Assembly: GCA_963677595.1 (NCBI GenBank)
Contig: OY782041.1
Coordinates: forward strand, 2,016,001 to 2,080,000
DNA: 64,000 bases
Origin: Spirochaetia bacterium
Lineage (GTDB): Bacteria > Spirochaetota > Spirochaetia > CAKZLE01
Direction: 5' to 3'
The notes beneath the pieces were generated by a model. It was not told where the DNA came from, searched no databases, and saw nothing but the letters and a program-made list of their open reading frames with translations. Within the stretch, counting starts at the first letter, position 1. Each line of letters begins with the position of its first letter. The translations under genes and the position numbers were made by a program. Positions 47,290 to 57,156 of this stretch are shown piece after piece.

Positions 47290-47368
47290 TTGCTTTATTT
47301 CAAAAACCGTCGTATTATGGAAACCAATAAGAAAGCAAAACGAAAGTTAAAAGAAAGCTTTCAGAAAA
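47290..47368 (+). promoter_or_regulatory. Promoter and candidate DeoR operator repeats
   Basis: TTGCTT-17-TATTAT, then GAAA(G/A) at 47331, 47342, 47353 and 47364 (11-bp period). Confidence 0.55.
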
Positions 47369-47375
47369 GGTTGGC

Positions 47376-48131
47376 GTGGTGAACGGGTTAAGCAAACGTG
47401 AAGAGATCATCCTCGGGCAGATGCGGGACGGTCGGGATATCTCAGTCTCAGAACTGAGTAAGCTCCTGAAGGTCTCCGTCGTCACGGTCCGTGCCGATCT
47501 GAAGTCCCTGGATGAGAAAGGCCTGGTGATCAGGACACACGGGGGCGCGATGCCCGCTTTCCATCCGGACCTCCTGGAGCGGAAGAACAGCCGTAATGCG
47601 GAAAAAGAGCGTATAGCCAAGGCTGCCGCCTCCCTGGTCAAGGACGGGGACCGGATCATGATCACGAACGGGACAACCTCTGCACTGGTTGGCAGGTACC
47701 TGCTGGGACGAAGGGATGTGCAGATCGTCACCAACTCGACCCTCCTTCTCCCTTATGCCCGGATCAATCCGAATCTGAGCATCACGTTCGTTGGCGGTGA
47801 GTTCAGGCCCTCCGCAGAGGCTCTCGTGGGGCCTGAGGCGATAAACCGTATCGACCAGTTCCATGTCTCCATGACCATTACCGGGACGGATGGGTTCACC
47901 CTGGAGCATGGGCTTACCACCCACCTGGTCGAGAATGCCGAGATCGTGAGGAAGATGTGCCAGCAGTCTGATACCAGCGTGCTGGTGGTGGATTCCAGCA
48001 AGTTCGGGAATAAGGGTTTTGTGAAGATCCTTCCGTTGGAAGATATCGATATATTGATCACAGATACAGGATTGGACGACGAGATCGCCCGGAGCATAGA
48101 GGCTGCCGGGGTACAGGTCATGCGGGTCTGA
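47376..48131 (+). CDS. DeoR/GlpR family transcriptional regulator
   Basis: VSVVTVRADL..L, RTHGG, GTT, VTNS, DSSKF. Confidence 0.94.
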   Translation: MVNGLSKREEIILGQMRDGRDISVSELSKLLKVSVVTVRADLKSLDEKGLVIRTHGGAMPAFHPDLLERKNSRNAEKERIAKAAASLVKDGDRIMITNGTTSALVGRYLLGRRDVQIVTNSTLLLPYARINPNLSITFVGGEFRPSAEALVGPEAINRIDQFHVSMTITGTDGFTLEHGLTTHLVENAEIVRKMCQQSDTSVLVVDSSKFGNKGFVKILPLEDIDILITDTGLDDEIARSIEAAGVQVMRV

Positions 48132-48162
48132 TCCGGTATATCATGAATGAGGAGATGAATAC

Positions 48163-49530
48163 ATGGCAGCACAGGTGTTAATGCCGAAGCAGGGAAACTC
48201 AGTCGAGTCCTGCATAATCCTGGATTGGAAGAAGGCTGAGGGTGATACGATCGCCGAGGGTGAGATCCTCTGCGAGGTCGAGACTGACAAGGCGACCATC
48301 GAGGTCGAGTCCACTGCGGAAGGTACGATCCTGAAGCTGCTCTATGCGGTGGATGACGATGTCCCTGTACAGGTCCCCATCGCTATCGTGGGAGCCCCCG
48401 GGGAAGATATCTCCGACCTGGCAGGTGGGAGTGAGACGGCAGCTGAAGCACCGGCAGAGGAAGCAGCGGTAACCCCCGAAGCAGCCCCGAAGGCAGAAGC
48501 GAAAGTAGAAAAAGCAACTGCAGTCGTTGCAGCAGGCACCAGTTCAGTCTCCCCCCGTGCACGGATGGCGGCAGAGAAGAGCGGCCTCGATGCAACGACA
48601 CTCGTCGGTTCCGGGCCGAAGGGCAGGGTGATCGAACGTGATGTCGATGCTGCAGCGGCAGCCATGCCTCCCCTTTCACCGGCAGCGAAAGAGAAGATGG
48701 CAGCAGAAGGGCTTTCAGCCCCGGCAGCCGGAAGCGGGATCGGCGGACGGGTCCTCTCCTCGGACCTCCTCTCCCTCAGTTCACAGCTTTCGGCAGAACA
48801 GGTCGCTGATGCGGCTGCCGCAGCCGGGTTCCCGGGACCTGCGGCAGAGATCAAGGTTCGTGGTGTACGGAAAGTCACCGCGAAGCGGATGTACGAATCG
48901 ATCAGCACCACCGCCCAGCTGACGCTCAACAGCTCAGCCGATGCGGCGAACCTCCTTGCATTACGAAAGCGATTCAAGAACTCAGACCCTGAGAAGGGAC
49001 TTGCCAAGGTCACCATCAATGACCTCGTGCTCTACGCAGTAGCGAAGACCTTAAAGGCATATCCCCAGATCAACTCCCACTTCCTCGGGGACACCATCCT
49101 GCAGTTCGACCATATCCACCTCGGGTGTGCCGTCGATACCCCGAAGGGCCTCATGGTACCGGTCATCAGGTATGCTGACCTCATGAGCCTGAAGACCCTG
49201 AGCGATACCGCCAAGGGGCTCTTCAACGACTGCCTCGAGGGGAAGGCTAATCCTGACACCCTCTCAGGCGGTACCTTCACGGTGACCAACCTCGGGGGCA
49301 TGGGGATCGAGAGCTTTACACCGGTACTCAACACACCGGAGACCGGTATCCTCGGCGTGAGCACGATCGAGCTCAAGCCGGTACAGGGCGCTGACGGGGT
49401 GGAGTTCATCCCCCACATCGGCCTCTCGCTCACCTTCGATCACCAGGCCTTCGATGGTGCTGACGGAGCACGGTTCCTCAAGAGCCTTGCGGACAATATA
49501 AAGAATATCGACCTGCTCATGGCGCAGTAG
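48163..49530 (+). CDS. Dihydrolipoamide acyltransferase (E2)
   Basis: Lipoyl domain ETDKA, two subunit-binding-like repeats (GSG..GRV...D), FTVTNLG, DHQAFDG. Confidence 0.93.
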   Translation: MAAQVLMPKQGNSVESCIILDWKKAEGDTIAEGEILCEVETDKATIEVESTAEGTILKLLYAVDDDVPVQVPIAIVGAPGEDISDLAGGSETAAEAPAEEAAVTPEAAPKAEAKVEKATAVVAAGTSSVSPRARMAAEKSGLDATTLVGSGPKGRVIERDVDAAAAAMPPLSPAAKEKMAAEGLSAPAAGSGIGGRVLSSDLLSLSSQLSAEQVADAAAAAGFPGPAAEIKVRGVRKVTAKRMYESISTTAQLTLNSSADAANLLALRKRFKNSDPEKGLAKVTINDLVLYAVAKTLKAYPQINSHFLGDTILQFDHIHLGCAVDTPKGLMVPVIRYADLMSLKTLSDTAKGLFNDCLEGKANPDTLSGGTFTVTNLGGMGIESFTPVLNTPETGILGVSTIELKPVQGADGVEFIPHIGLSLTFDHQAFDGADGARFLKSLADNIKNIDLLMAQ

Positions 49531-49551
49531 TCAATAAAGGAGAAGATACTC

Positions 49552-50889
49552 ATGGCAACCTATGATCTGATCGTCGTCGGGGCTGGCCCCGGGGGCTATG
49601 TGGCTGCTGAACGGGCCGGTGAGATGGGAAAGAAGGTCCTTCTCATCGAGAAGGGTGACCTCGGCGGTGTATGCACCAACTCAGGCTGTATCCCGACGAA
49701 GTCCCTGCTCAATGCGGCAAAGCATTACCATTACGCGCTCACCGGCGACAAGTTCGGTGTACACTGCGCTGATGTCTCCTTCGACCTCTCTGAGGCCATG
49801 GCCTGGAAGCAGGACGTCATCGAGACCCTGCGCTCCGGGATCGCCTTCCTCATGAAGAAGAACAAGGTCGAAGTGGTCTTCGGCGAGGCGAAGTTCGTCT
49901 CACGCGATACCGTGGAAGTCGACGGGACAGCCTATACCGGTTCCAACATCATGATCGCAACCGGCTCATCACCCTTCATCCCGCCGATCCCCGGCGCAGG
50001 GAACGACATCGTGATGACCAGCAAGGACATCCTCTCGATCGACCATATCCCTGAGAAGCTCGTCGTCATCGGCGGCGGGGTCATCGGGGTGGAGTTCTCC
50101 TCCCTCTTCAGCAACATCGGGAGCGAGGTCACCGTCATCGAGATGATGCCTGAGATCCTGCCGATGATGGACGCCGAGTTCGCCAAACTCATGCGGCGGG
50201 AGATGAAGGCAGTCACCTTTAAGACCGGCTGCAGGGTAGAGGAGATCCTCACCGACGGTGTCGTCTATACCGATGCGAAAGGAAAGAAGCAGACGGTGAA
50301 CGCTGATGCGGTCCTCCTCAGTGTCGGTCGGAGACCGAACACCGCAGGACTCGAGGCCCTCGGCCTCGATATCGCGCGGGGCGGGATCGTTGTCGACGAG
50401 CAGATGCGAACCAACCTCCCCGGCGTATATGCTGTAGGGGATGTGAACGGGAAGTCGCTGCTTGCCCACTCCGCATCACGGATGGGGGAAGTCGCCGTCA
50501 ATACGATGTTCGGCAAGGCTGACAGGATGCGCTACAACGCGATCCCCTGGGCAGTCTACACCATCCCTGAGGCAGCAGGCTGCGGGATGACCGAGGAAGA
50601 GGCAAAGGCCAAGGGCTACAACGTGAAGAGCGCCTCGGCCCAGATGCGGTCGAACGGCCGGTTCCTCGCTGAGTACGGGAAGCGTGCAGGCGGCCTGTGC
50701 AAGGTAGTCGTCGATGCCGATACCGATGTGATCCTCGGGATCCACCTCCTCGGTGCGGTCAGCAGCGAGATGGTCCACAGCGCTTCGGTGATCATCGAGG
50801 CGGAGCTGAGGGCCAAGGACGTGAGAGAGATAGTCTTCCCGCACCCGAGTGTGTCGGAAATCATCAAGGACGTTTGCTTTGCCCTCTAG
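49552..50889 (+). CDS. lpdA: Dihydrolipoyl dehydrogenase (E3)
   Basis: GAGPGG, GGVCTNSGCIP, GGGVIGVE, HPSVSE. Confidence 0.95.
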   Translation: MATYDLIVVGAGPGGYVAAERAGEMGKKVLLIEKGDLGGVCTNSGCIPTKSLLNAAKHYHYALTGDKFGVHCADVSFDLSEAMAWKQDVIETLRSGIAFLMKKNKVEVVFGEAKFVSRDTVEVDGTAYTGSNIMIATGSSPFIPPIPGAGNDIVMTSKDILSIDHIPEKLVVIGGGVIGVEFSSLFSNIGSEVTVIEMMPEILPMMDAEFAKLMRREMKAVTFKTGCRVEEILTDGVVYTDAKGKKQTVNADAVLLSVGRRPNTAGLEALGLDIARGGIVVDEQMRTNLPGVYAVGDVNGKSLLAHSASRMGEVAVNTMFGKADRMRYNAIPWAVYTIPEAAGCGMTEEEAKAKGYNVKSASAQMRSNGRFLAEYGKRAGGLCKVVVDADTDVILGIHLLGAVSSEMVHSASVIIEAELRAKDVREIVFPHPSVSEIIKDVCFAL

Positions 50890-50932
50890 CCGGCAAAGAG
50901 TTATATAGAGTTATAAAACCAGGAGTGACAAG

Positions 50933-53386
50933 ATGCCTAGAAATCTAGTAGTGGATCCAGTAGCTATACGAAAGAAAGAGACCGTGAAGATCAATTCGAT
51001 CCCGGTGAACCAGTATACCGGCGATATCAAGAAAGAGGTCAAGAAGTACGGGAAAGACGGCCTGAAGCGCGTCTATCTCGACATGCTCCTGATCAGGGAG
51101 TTCGAGAACATGCTCGACCTGATCAAGCGGGAAGGTTCCTACCAGGGGATGGAGTACAACCACCGGGGACCTGCACACCTCTCAGCAGGGCAGGAGTCTG
51201 CTGCAGTCGGCCAGTGCCTCAACCTGCAGCCGGAGGACTTCATCTTCGGTTCACACCGTTCACACGGTGAGATCCTCGCCAAGTGTTTCTCAGCGATCCA
51301 GAAGATCGACGAGACGAACCTGCAGACCATCATGGAAGGGTTCATGGGCGGGGATGTCCTCTCAGTCGTGGACAAGCACTTCAAGGGCAAGGACGTGAAG
51401 GACCTCGCAGAGAACTTCGTTCTCTACGGGGCACTTGCAGAGATCTTCGCACGTAAGACCGGGTTCAGCCGGGGTCTCGGCGGATCGATGCACACCTTCT
51501 TCGCTCCCTTCGGTTCCATGCCTAACAATGCCATAGTCGGGGGGTCAGGCGACATCGCAGTCGGCGCGGCCCTCTATAAGAAGATAAACAGGAAGCCGGG
51601 GATCGTCATCGCGAATATCGGGGATGCAGCGATGGCGTGCGGCCCAGTCTGGGAAGGATTGATGCTTGCGGCAATGGACCAGTACAACACCCTCTGGGGT
51701 GACATGGCTGGTGCTCCACCATACATGCTCAACGTATTCAACAACTTCTACGGGATGGGCGGCCAGACAGTCGGCGAGACTATGGGGTATGGGATACCTG
51801 CAAGAGTCGGTGCTGGTGTGAATCCTGACGGGATGCATGCAGAACGGGTAGACGGGTTCAACCCGCTGGCCGTCGCTGATGCGATCGAGAGGAAACGAGC
51901 CCTCATGCTCGAGGGTAAGGGACCTGTCCTGATGGATACGATCACCTACCGACTCTCAGGTCACTCGCCTTCCGATGCGTCCTCATACAGGACCAAGGAA
52001 GAGATCGACTCCTTCAAGGAGAAGGACGCGATCCTCGGCTACGAGGCGTACCTCAAGGAGAACGGCATCATCACCGATGATGAGATCGCAGCCTACCGGG
52101 AGAACGTCGTGGCGAAGATCTCCAAGACCATGGAGCTCGCCATCAACGATGAGATTTCCACGCGGGTCGACGGCAAGTTCATCGAGTCAGTGATGTTCTC
52201 GAACGGGAACGTAGAAGCCCTCGATGATGCTGAACCGGAACTGCTCACACCGATCGAGGAGAACCCGAGGGTACAGCAGATCGCACGGAAGGTCCGGACC
52301 TCTACCAAGGACGGCAAGCCGGTACCTGCAGCACGGATGTACCAGTACCGTGACGGTATCTTCGAGGCGATGCTCTACCGGTTCGCCAAGGACCCGACCA
52401 TGATTGCCTATGGTGAGGATAACCGTGACTGGGGCGGCGCATTCGCCTGCTACCGCGGACTTACCGAGATCCTCCCGTACCACAGGTTCTTCAATTCACC
52501 GATCTCCGAGGCCTCCATCGTGGGTTCCGGTGTCGGATACGCCATGAGCGGCGGCCGTGCGGTCGTGGAGCTCATGTACTGTGACTTCATGGGAAGGGCA
52601 GGAGACCAGATCTTCAACCAGATGCCTAAGTGGCAGTCGATGAGCGCAGGCGTCCTCAAGATGCCGCTCGTCCTCCGGGTATCTGTTGGTAACAAGTACG
52701 GTGCACAGCACTCACAGGACTGGACCGCACTCGTCGGCCATATCCCGGGGCTCAAGGTCATGTTCCCGGCGACTCCCTACGATGCAAAGGGTATGTTGAA
52801 CCTGGCACTGAGGGGGACCGACCCGGTCGTCTTCTTCGAGAGCCAGAAACTCTACGGTATTGGGGAGGACTTCGAGGCAGACGGCGTACCAGAGGGGTTC
52901 TATGAGGTACCGGAAGGGGAGCCGGCAGTCAAGAAGACCGGGGATGACATCACGATCATCACCATCGGTGCCACCCTCTATTCTGCGATGGAAGCAGCTA
53001 AGGAACTCGAGGAGAAATACGGCATGAGCGCTGAGGTCATCGACCTCCGGTTCATCAACCCGCTCAACTACGGACCACTCGTGGAATCCGTGAAGAAGAC
53101 CGGACGGGTCCTGCTCTCCTCAGACGCAGTCGAGAGAGGCTCATTCCTCCACACCGTCTCCTCCAACCTGGGACGGCTCGCATTCGATTACCTCGATGCA
53201 CCGCCGGTCGTCGTCGGCTCACGGAACTGGATCACACCGCCGGCAGAGATGGAAGACTACTACTTCCCGACGGCAGCATGGATGCTTGACGCGATCCACG
53301 AACAGATCCTCCCGCTTGCAGGCCACACTGTCTCCACGGTCCAGACCGACGGGGAGTTCGTGAAGGTCCAGCGGGAAGGCGTATAA
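50933..53386 (+). CDS. Fused E1 alpha/beta ThDP-dependent dehydrogenase (2-oxoacid/acetoin type)
   Basis: HLSAGQE, HRSHG, GGSMH, GDAA..NN ThDP motif, YRLSGHS, SPISE, GAQHSQ. Confidence 0.92.
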   Translation: MPRNLVVDPVAIRKKETVKINSIPVNQYTGDIKKEVKKYGKDGLKRVYLDMLLIREFENMLDLIKREGSYQGMEYNHRGPAHLSAGQESAAVGQCLNLQPEDFIFGSHRSHGEILAKCFSAIQKIDETNLQTIMEGFMGGDVLSVVDKHFKGKDVKDLAENFVLYGALAEIFARKTGFSRGLGGSMHTFFAPFGSMPNNAIVGGSGDIAVGAALYKKINRKPGIVIANIGDAAMACGPVWEGLMLAAMDQYNTLWGDMAGAPPYMLNVFNNFYGMGGQTVGETMGYGIPARVGAGVNPDGMHAERVDGFNPLAVADAIERKRALMLEGKGPVLMDTITYRLSGHSPSDASSYRTKEEIDSFKEKDAILGYEAYLKENGIITDDEIAAYRENVVAKISKTMELAINDEISTRVDGKFIESVMFSNGNVEALDDAEPELLTPIEENPRVQQIARKVRTSTKDGKPVPAARMYQYRDGIFEAMLYRFAKDPTMIAYGEDNRDWGGAFACYRGLTEILPYHRFFNSPISEASIVGSGVGYAMSGGRAVVELMYCDFMGRAGDQIFNQMPKWQSMSAGVLKMPLVLRVSVGNKYGAQHSQDWTALVGHIPGLKVMFPATPYDAKGMLNLALRGTDPVVFFESQKLYGIGEDFEADGVPEGFYEVPEGEPAVKKTGDDITIITIGATLYSAMEAAKELEEKYGMSAEVIDLRFINPLNYGPLVESVKKTGRVLLSSDAVERGSFLHTVSSNLGRLAFDYLDAPPVVVGSRNWITPPAEMEDYYFPTAAWMLDAIHEQILPLAGHTVSTVQTDGEFVKVQREGV

Positions 53387-53396
53387 GGAAGTACCC

Positions 53397-54740
53397 ATGG
53401 CACACACAGAATACGATGCAGTGATAGAAAGATTGAACGCGCCGCTGCTTGCCGACCGGCTGGCAGCAGCCGAAGAGGTCGGGAAGCTGATCTCTGACGG
53501 GAAGCTTACCCGGACCGTGTCGGAGGAGGTGAACAACCACGTCCACACGACCTACTCCTTCAGCCCCTATGAACCGGCGATGGCCGCATTCAGGGCCTGG
53601 GAGTCAGGACTCCAGATCGTCGGCAGCATCGACCATGACAGCATCAGTGCTGCAGAGGAGATGATGGCTGCCGGCAAGGCGATCGGGATCGCCACCACCG
53701 TCGGGTTCGAAGTACGGTGCAGCTTCCTCGAGACGTCCTTGAAGGACAAGAAGATCAACAACCCGGACTCTGAAGGCATCGTCTATATGTGTGTGCATGG
53801 AGTACCTGCACAGCATATCGAAGAGGTGAAAGAGTTCCTGAAGCCAGTCAACAGGGTGCGAAACATCAGGAACCGTGCAGAGGTCGAGAGGCTCAACAGC
53901 CTGATCGAGGGCAGCGGCCTCGCACCCCTCGATTTCGATGCAGATGTGGCATCTCTCTCGAGGATGTCAGAGAACGGCTCGATCACCGAGCGCCATATCC
54001 TCTCTGCCTTCGCGGGCAGGATCATGGACTCCTGCGGGAAGGGGGAGGCTGTCGTGGCCTTCCTCGAGAATAACCTGAAGCTTACTGTCGCCGGTAAGAT
54101 CAGGGAGGTCCTGCTCGATACGGGGAACCCCCATTACCGGTATGACCTGCTCGGGATCCTCAAGAGCTCCTACCTGCCGCAGTTCTTCATCCAGCCGAGC
54201 GTCGAGGAGACCATCCCGGCCGAGGAGGTCGTCTCCTTCTCGCTGAAGATCGGGGCGATCCCCTCCTATGCATACCTCGGGGACGTGACCGAGAGCCCTA
54301 CCGGGGACAAGAAGGCCGAGAAGTTCGAGGACAGCTTCCTCGATGAGCTCTTCGACCTGCTGAAAGCTATCGGGTACCCTGCGGTAACCTATATGCCGCC
54401 GCGAAACAGCGTCGAGCAGCTCAAGCGAATCCAGGATCTTGCGCACAAGCACGACATGATGGAGATCAGCGGAGTCGATATAAACTCGTCACGGCAGAGC
54501 TTCAACTGTCCTGAACTGCTGATGCCCGAGTTCTCCCACCTGATCGACTCAGCCTGGGCGCTCGTCGCACATGAGAAACTCGCAGGCATAGACGGGAAGT
54601 ACGCGATCTTCAACAGCGAGAACCCCTTCGCGGGGATGGCCCTGTCCGAGCGTATCGCCCTGTATGCCGAGGTGGGGAAGAAGATGGACCCCCATACGCC
54701 GGAAGCGGCTCTGAAGGTCCTTGAGGAGGTAAGGAAATGA
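53397..54740 (+). CDS. PHP-domain metal-dependent phosphoesterase-like protein
   Basis: NNHVHTTYS, DHDS and GFE motifs. Confidence 0.8.
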   Translation: MAHTEYDAVIERLNAPLLADRLAAAEEVGKLISDGKLTRTVSEEVNNHVHTTYSFSPYEPAMAAFRAWESGLQIVGSIDHDSISAAEEMMAAGKAIGIATTVGFEVRCSFLETSLKDKKINNPDSEGIVYMCVHGVPAQHIEEVKEFLKPVNRVRNIRNRAEVERLNSLIEGSGLAPLDFDADVASLSRMSENGSITERHILSAFAGRIMDSCGKGEAVVAFLENNLKLTVAGKIREVLLDTGNPHYRYDLLGILKSSYLPQFFIQPSVEETIPAEEVVSFSLKIGAIPSYAYLGDVTESPTGDKKAEKFEDSFLDELFDLLKAIGYPAVTYMPPRNSVEQLKRIQDLAHKHDMMEISGVDINSSRQSFNCPELLMPEFSHLIDSAWALVAHEKLAGIDGKYAIFNSENPFAGMALSERIALYAEVGKKMDPHTPEAALKVLEEVRK

Positions 54741-55861
54741 GTAACAGCAGCAACCTGATCCCATACCTGAGGGGTCTGACGTTCGACGGTGAGAAGGGGC
54801 TCTTCATCACGCAGGTGGAGACTGTCTCCTCTGATGATGTCCTGAGACTCTCCTCCGATGAACAGAGTCAGGTAACAGCACAGTTCGAGAACTATGTAAC
54901 AGAGAAAAAGGCATATCCTGCGGCAGTCATCCTGCCGGATGGGACCTGCCATGCCATAGGGGCTACCTTCGATGAGGCGCTCGCAGCTGCCGGCTGCAGC
55001 GCCGAGCCGGGGACTCCCGGCTCGAAGGCACGCGGCGACGTCGTCAGGGGGAAGATAGCCCTTGTCACCGGCGGTGCCCAGGGCTTCGGCGAGGGGATGG
55101 TCCGCGGCCTGATCGCTGAAGGCGCCTTCGTCTATATCGCGGACATGAACTACGCAGGGGCGAAAGACCTTGCAGGGGCGCTGAACACCGAGGCCGGGAA
55201 GACCGTGGCCTGCCCGTTGGAAGTCAACGTGACCGATGAGGATTCCGTTGCCGCGATGATCAGCAGTGTCGCCGACATCACCGGCGGGTTTGACATCTTC
55301 ATCAGCAATGCCGGGGTTCTCCGTGCAGGGAGCGTGAAGGAGATGACCTTGCGGGACTTCAACTTCGTCACCTCTGTCGACTATGTCGGCTTCTTCATCT
55401 GCACCAAGTTCGCTTCCCAGCTGCTTGCCCTGCAGCACCAGGCCGCACCCGGCTATATGACCGACATCATCGCGATCAGCTCCAAGTCGGGACTCGAGGG
55501 GTCGAACAAGAACGGTGCCTATGCCGGTGCCAAGTTCGGGACCATCGGGCTCACCCAGAGCTTCGCGCTCGAGCTGGTGACCGACGGGGTCAAGGTGAAT
55601 GCCATCTGCCCGGGGAACTTCCTCGACGGGCCGCTGTGGTCGGATCCTGACCGGGGTCTGTTCGTGCAGTACCTCAATGCCGGGAAGGTCCCGGGGGCGA
55701 AGACCGTCGCCGATGTGAGACGGTTCTACGAGTCGAAAGTACCACTCGATCGTGGATGCACGACCGAGGATGTCATGAAGGCTGTCTGCTACTGCGTGGA
55801 GCAGAAGTACGAGACAGGACAGGCTGTCCCCGTTACCGGCGGACAGGTCATGCTCAATTAG
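54737..55861 (+). CDS. SDR, sorbitol-6-phosphate 2-dehydrogenase-like, with ~100-aa N-terminal extension
   Basis: TGGAQGFG, SNAG, SSKSG..GS.KN..YAGAKFG..GLTQS.ALEL, KVPL.RGC, TGGQVM. Confidence 0.85.
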   Translation: MSNSSNLIPYLRGLTFDGEKGLFITQVETVSSDDVLRLSSDEQSQVTAQFENYVTEKKAYPAAVILPDGTCHAIGATFDEALAAAGCSAEPGTPGSKARGDVVRGKIALVTGGAQGFGEGMVRGLIAEGAFVYIADMNYAGAKDLAGALNTEAGKTVACPLEVNVTDEDSVAAMISSVADITGGFDIFISNAGVLRAGSVKEMTLRDFNFVTSVDYVGFFICTKFASQLLALQHQAAPGYMTDIIAISSKSGLEGSNKNGAYAGAKFGTIGLTQSFALELVTDGVKVNAICPGNFLDGPLWSDPDRGLFVQYLNAGKVPGAKTVADVRRFYESKVPLDRGCTTEDVMKAVCYCVEQKYETGQAVPVTGGQVMLN

Positions 55862-55873
55862 GAGGAAACTGAT

Positions 55874-57133
55874 ATGAAGACGAAAGCAGTACGATTATAC
55901 GGAGTGAACGATCTCAGGCTCGAGGAGTTCGAGCTTCCTGAGCTGAAAGAGGACGAGATCCTCGCGAAAGTCATCACGAACAGCATCTGTATGTCCAGCC
56001 ACAAGGCTGCGGAGCAGGGGAATGCCCATAAGCGTGTCCCGCAGAACATCGCCGAGGAACCGGTCATCGTGGGCCATGAGTTCTGCGGTGAGCTCGTCGA
56101 GGTCGGCAGCAAGTGGGCCGATAAGTTCTCCGCTGGGGACAAGTTCTCCATTCAGCCGGCCCTCAACTACAAGGGGTCGCTCGATGCGCCCGGCTACTCC
56201 TACCGATGGATCGGCGGGAATGCCACCTACATCATCATCCCCAACGAGGTCATGGAGATGGACTGCCTGCTTCCCTATAACGGGGATGCATACTTCCACG
56301 GTTCCTTGTCAGAGCCGGTCTCCTGTATCGTCGGCACCTACCATGCTATGTACCACACCACGCCCGGCTCCTACGTCCATGAGATGGAGATCGTCGAGGG
56401 CGGGAAGATGGCGATCATCGCCGGTGTAGGCCCCATGGGGCTCGGTGCGATCGACTACGCCATCCATAACGACCGGAAACCGGGACTCCTCGTCGTCACC
56501 GATATCGACCAGGCACGACTCGACCGGGCGGCAGTCCTCTACAGTGTGGAAGAGGCAAAGAAGAACGGGGTGGAGCTCATCTACCTCAATACCCGTGAAG
56601 TCAAGGACCCGAACCAGGCCCTCATCGACCTGACCGACGGCGAAGGCTTCAACGATGTCTTCGTCATGGCTCCGGTAAGCTTCCTCATCGAGCAGGCTGA
56701 CGCGATCCTCTCACGGGATGGATGCCTCAACTTCTTCGCAGGACCGAACACCCAGGACTTCCGTGCATCATTGAACTTCTATGATGTCCACTATGCCGCA
56801 CACCATATCGTCGGCACGAGCGGCGGGAACACCGATGACATGAAGGAGTCACTGGAGATGATGGAGAAGGGCCTGCTGAACCCGGCCTCCATGGTGACCC
56901 ATGTAGGCGGTATCGACAGCGTGGCACAGACGATCATCGACCTGCCGGGTATCCCGGGCGGGAAGAAGCTGATCTATACCCAGATCGACATGCCGCTCAC
57001 GGCCCTCGTGGACTTCGCTGAGCTCGGCAAGGAAGATGAACTCTTCGCTGCACTGGCTGAGATCGTGGAGAAGCATAACGGCCTCTGGTCACTGGAAGCT
57101 GAGCAGTACCTGCTGGCGAAGAAAGGCGCGTAA
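55874..57133 (+). CDS. Zn-binding dehydrogenase, L-sorbose-1-phosphate reductase (SorE)-like
   Basis: AVRLYG, ICMSSHK, GHEF.G, EPVSC, GVGPMG, GTSGG. Confidence 0.85.
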   Translation: MKTKAVRLYGVNDLRLEEFELPELKEDEILAKVITNSICMSSHKAAEQGNAHKRVPQNIAEEPVIVGHEFCGELVEVGSKWADKFSAGDKFSIQPALNYKGSLDAPGYSYRWIGGNATYIIIPNEVMEMDCLLPYNGDAYFHGSLSEPVSCIVGTYHAMYHTTPGSYVHEMEIVEGGKMAIIAGVGPMGLGAIDYAIHNDRKPGLLVVTDIDQARLDRAAVLYSVEEAKKNGVELIYLNTREVKDPNQALIDLTDGEGFNDVFVMAPVSFLIEQADAILSRDGCLNFFAGPNTQDFRASLNFYDVHYAAHHIVGTSGGNTDDMKESLEMMEKGLLNPASMVTHVGGIDSVAQTIIDLPGIPGGKKLIYTQIDMPLTALVDFAELGKEDELFAALAEIVEKHNGLWSLEAEQYLLAKKGA

Positions 57134-57156
57134 GCAGCACACAAAAGGGAGGCAGC

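Noticed and set aside
48163-53386. Housekeeping pyruvate dehydrogenase (pdhABC) call
   Set aside because: Fused E1 with inserts inside a DeoR sugar-phosphate operon; the substrate cannot be assigned from sequence
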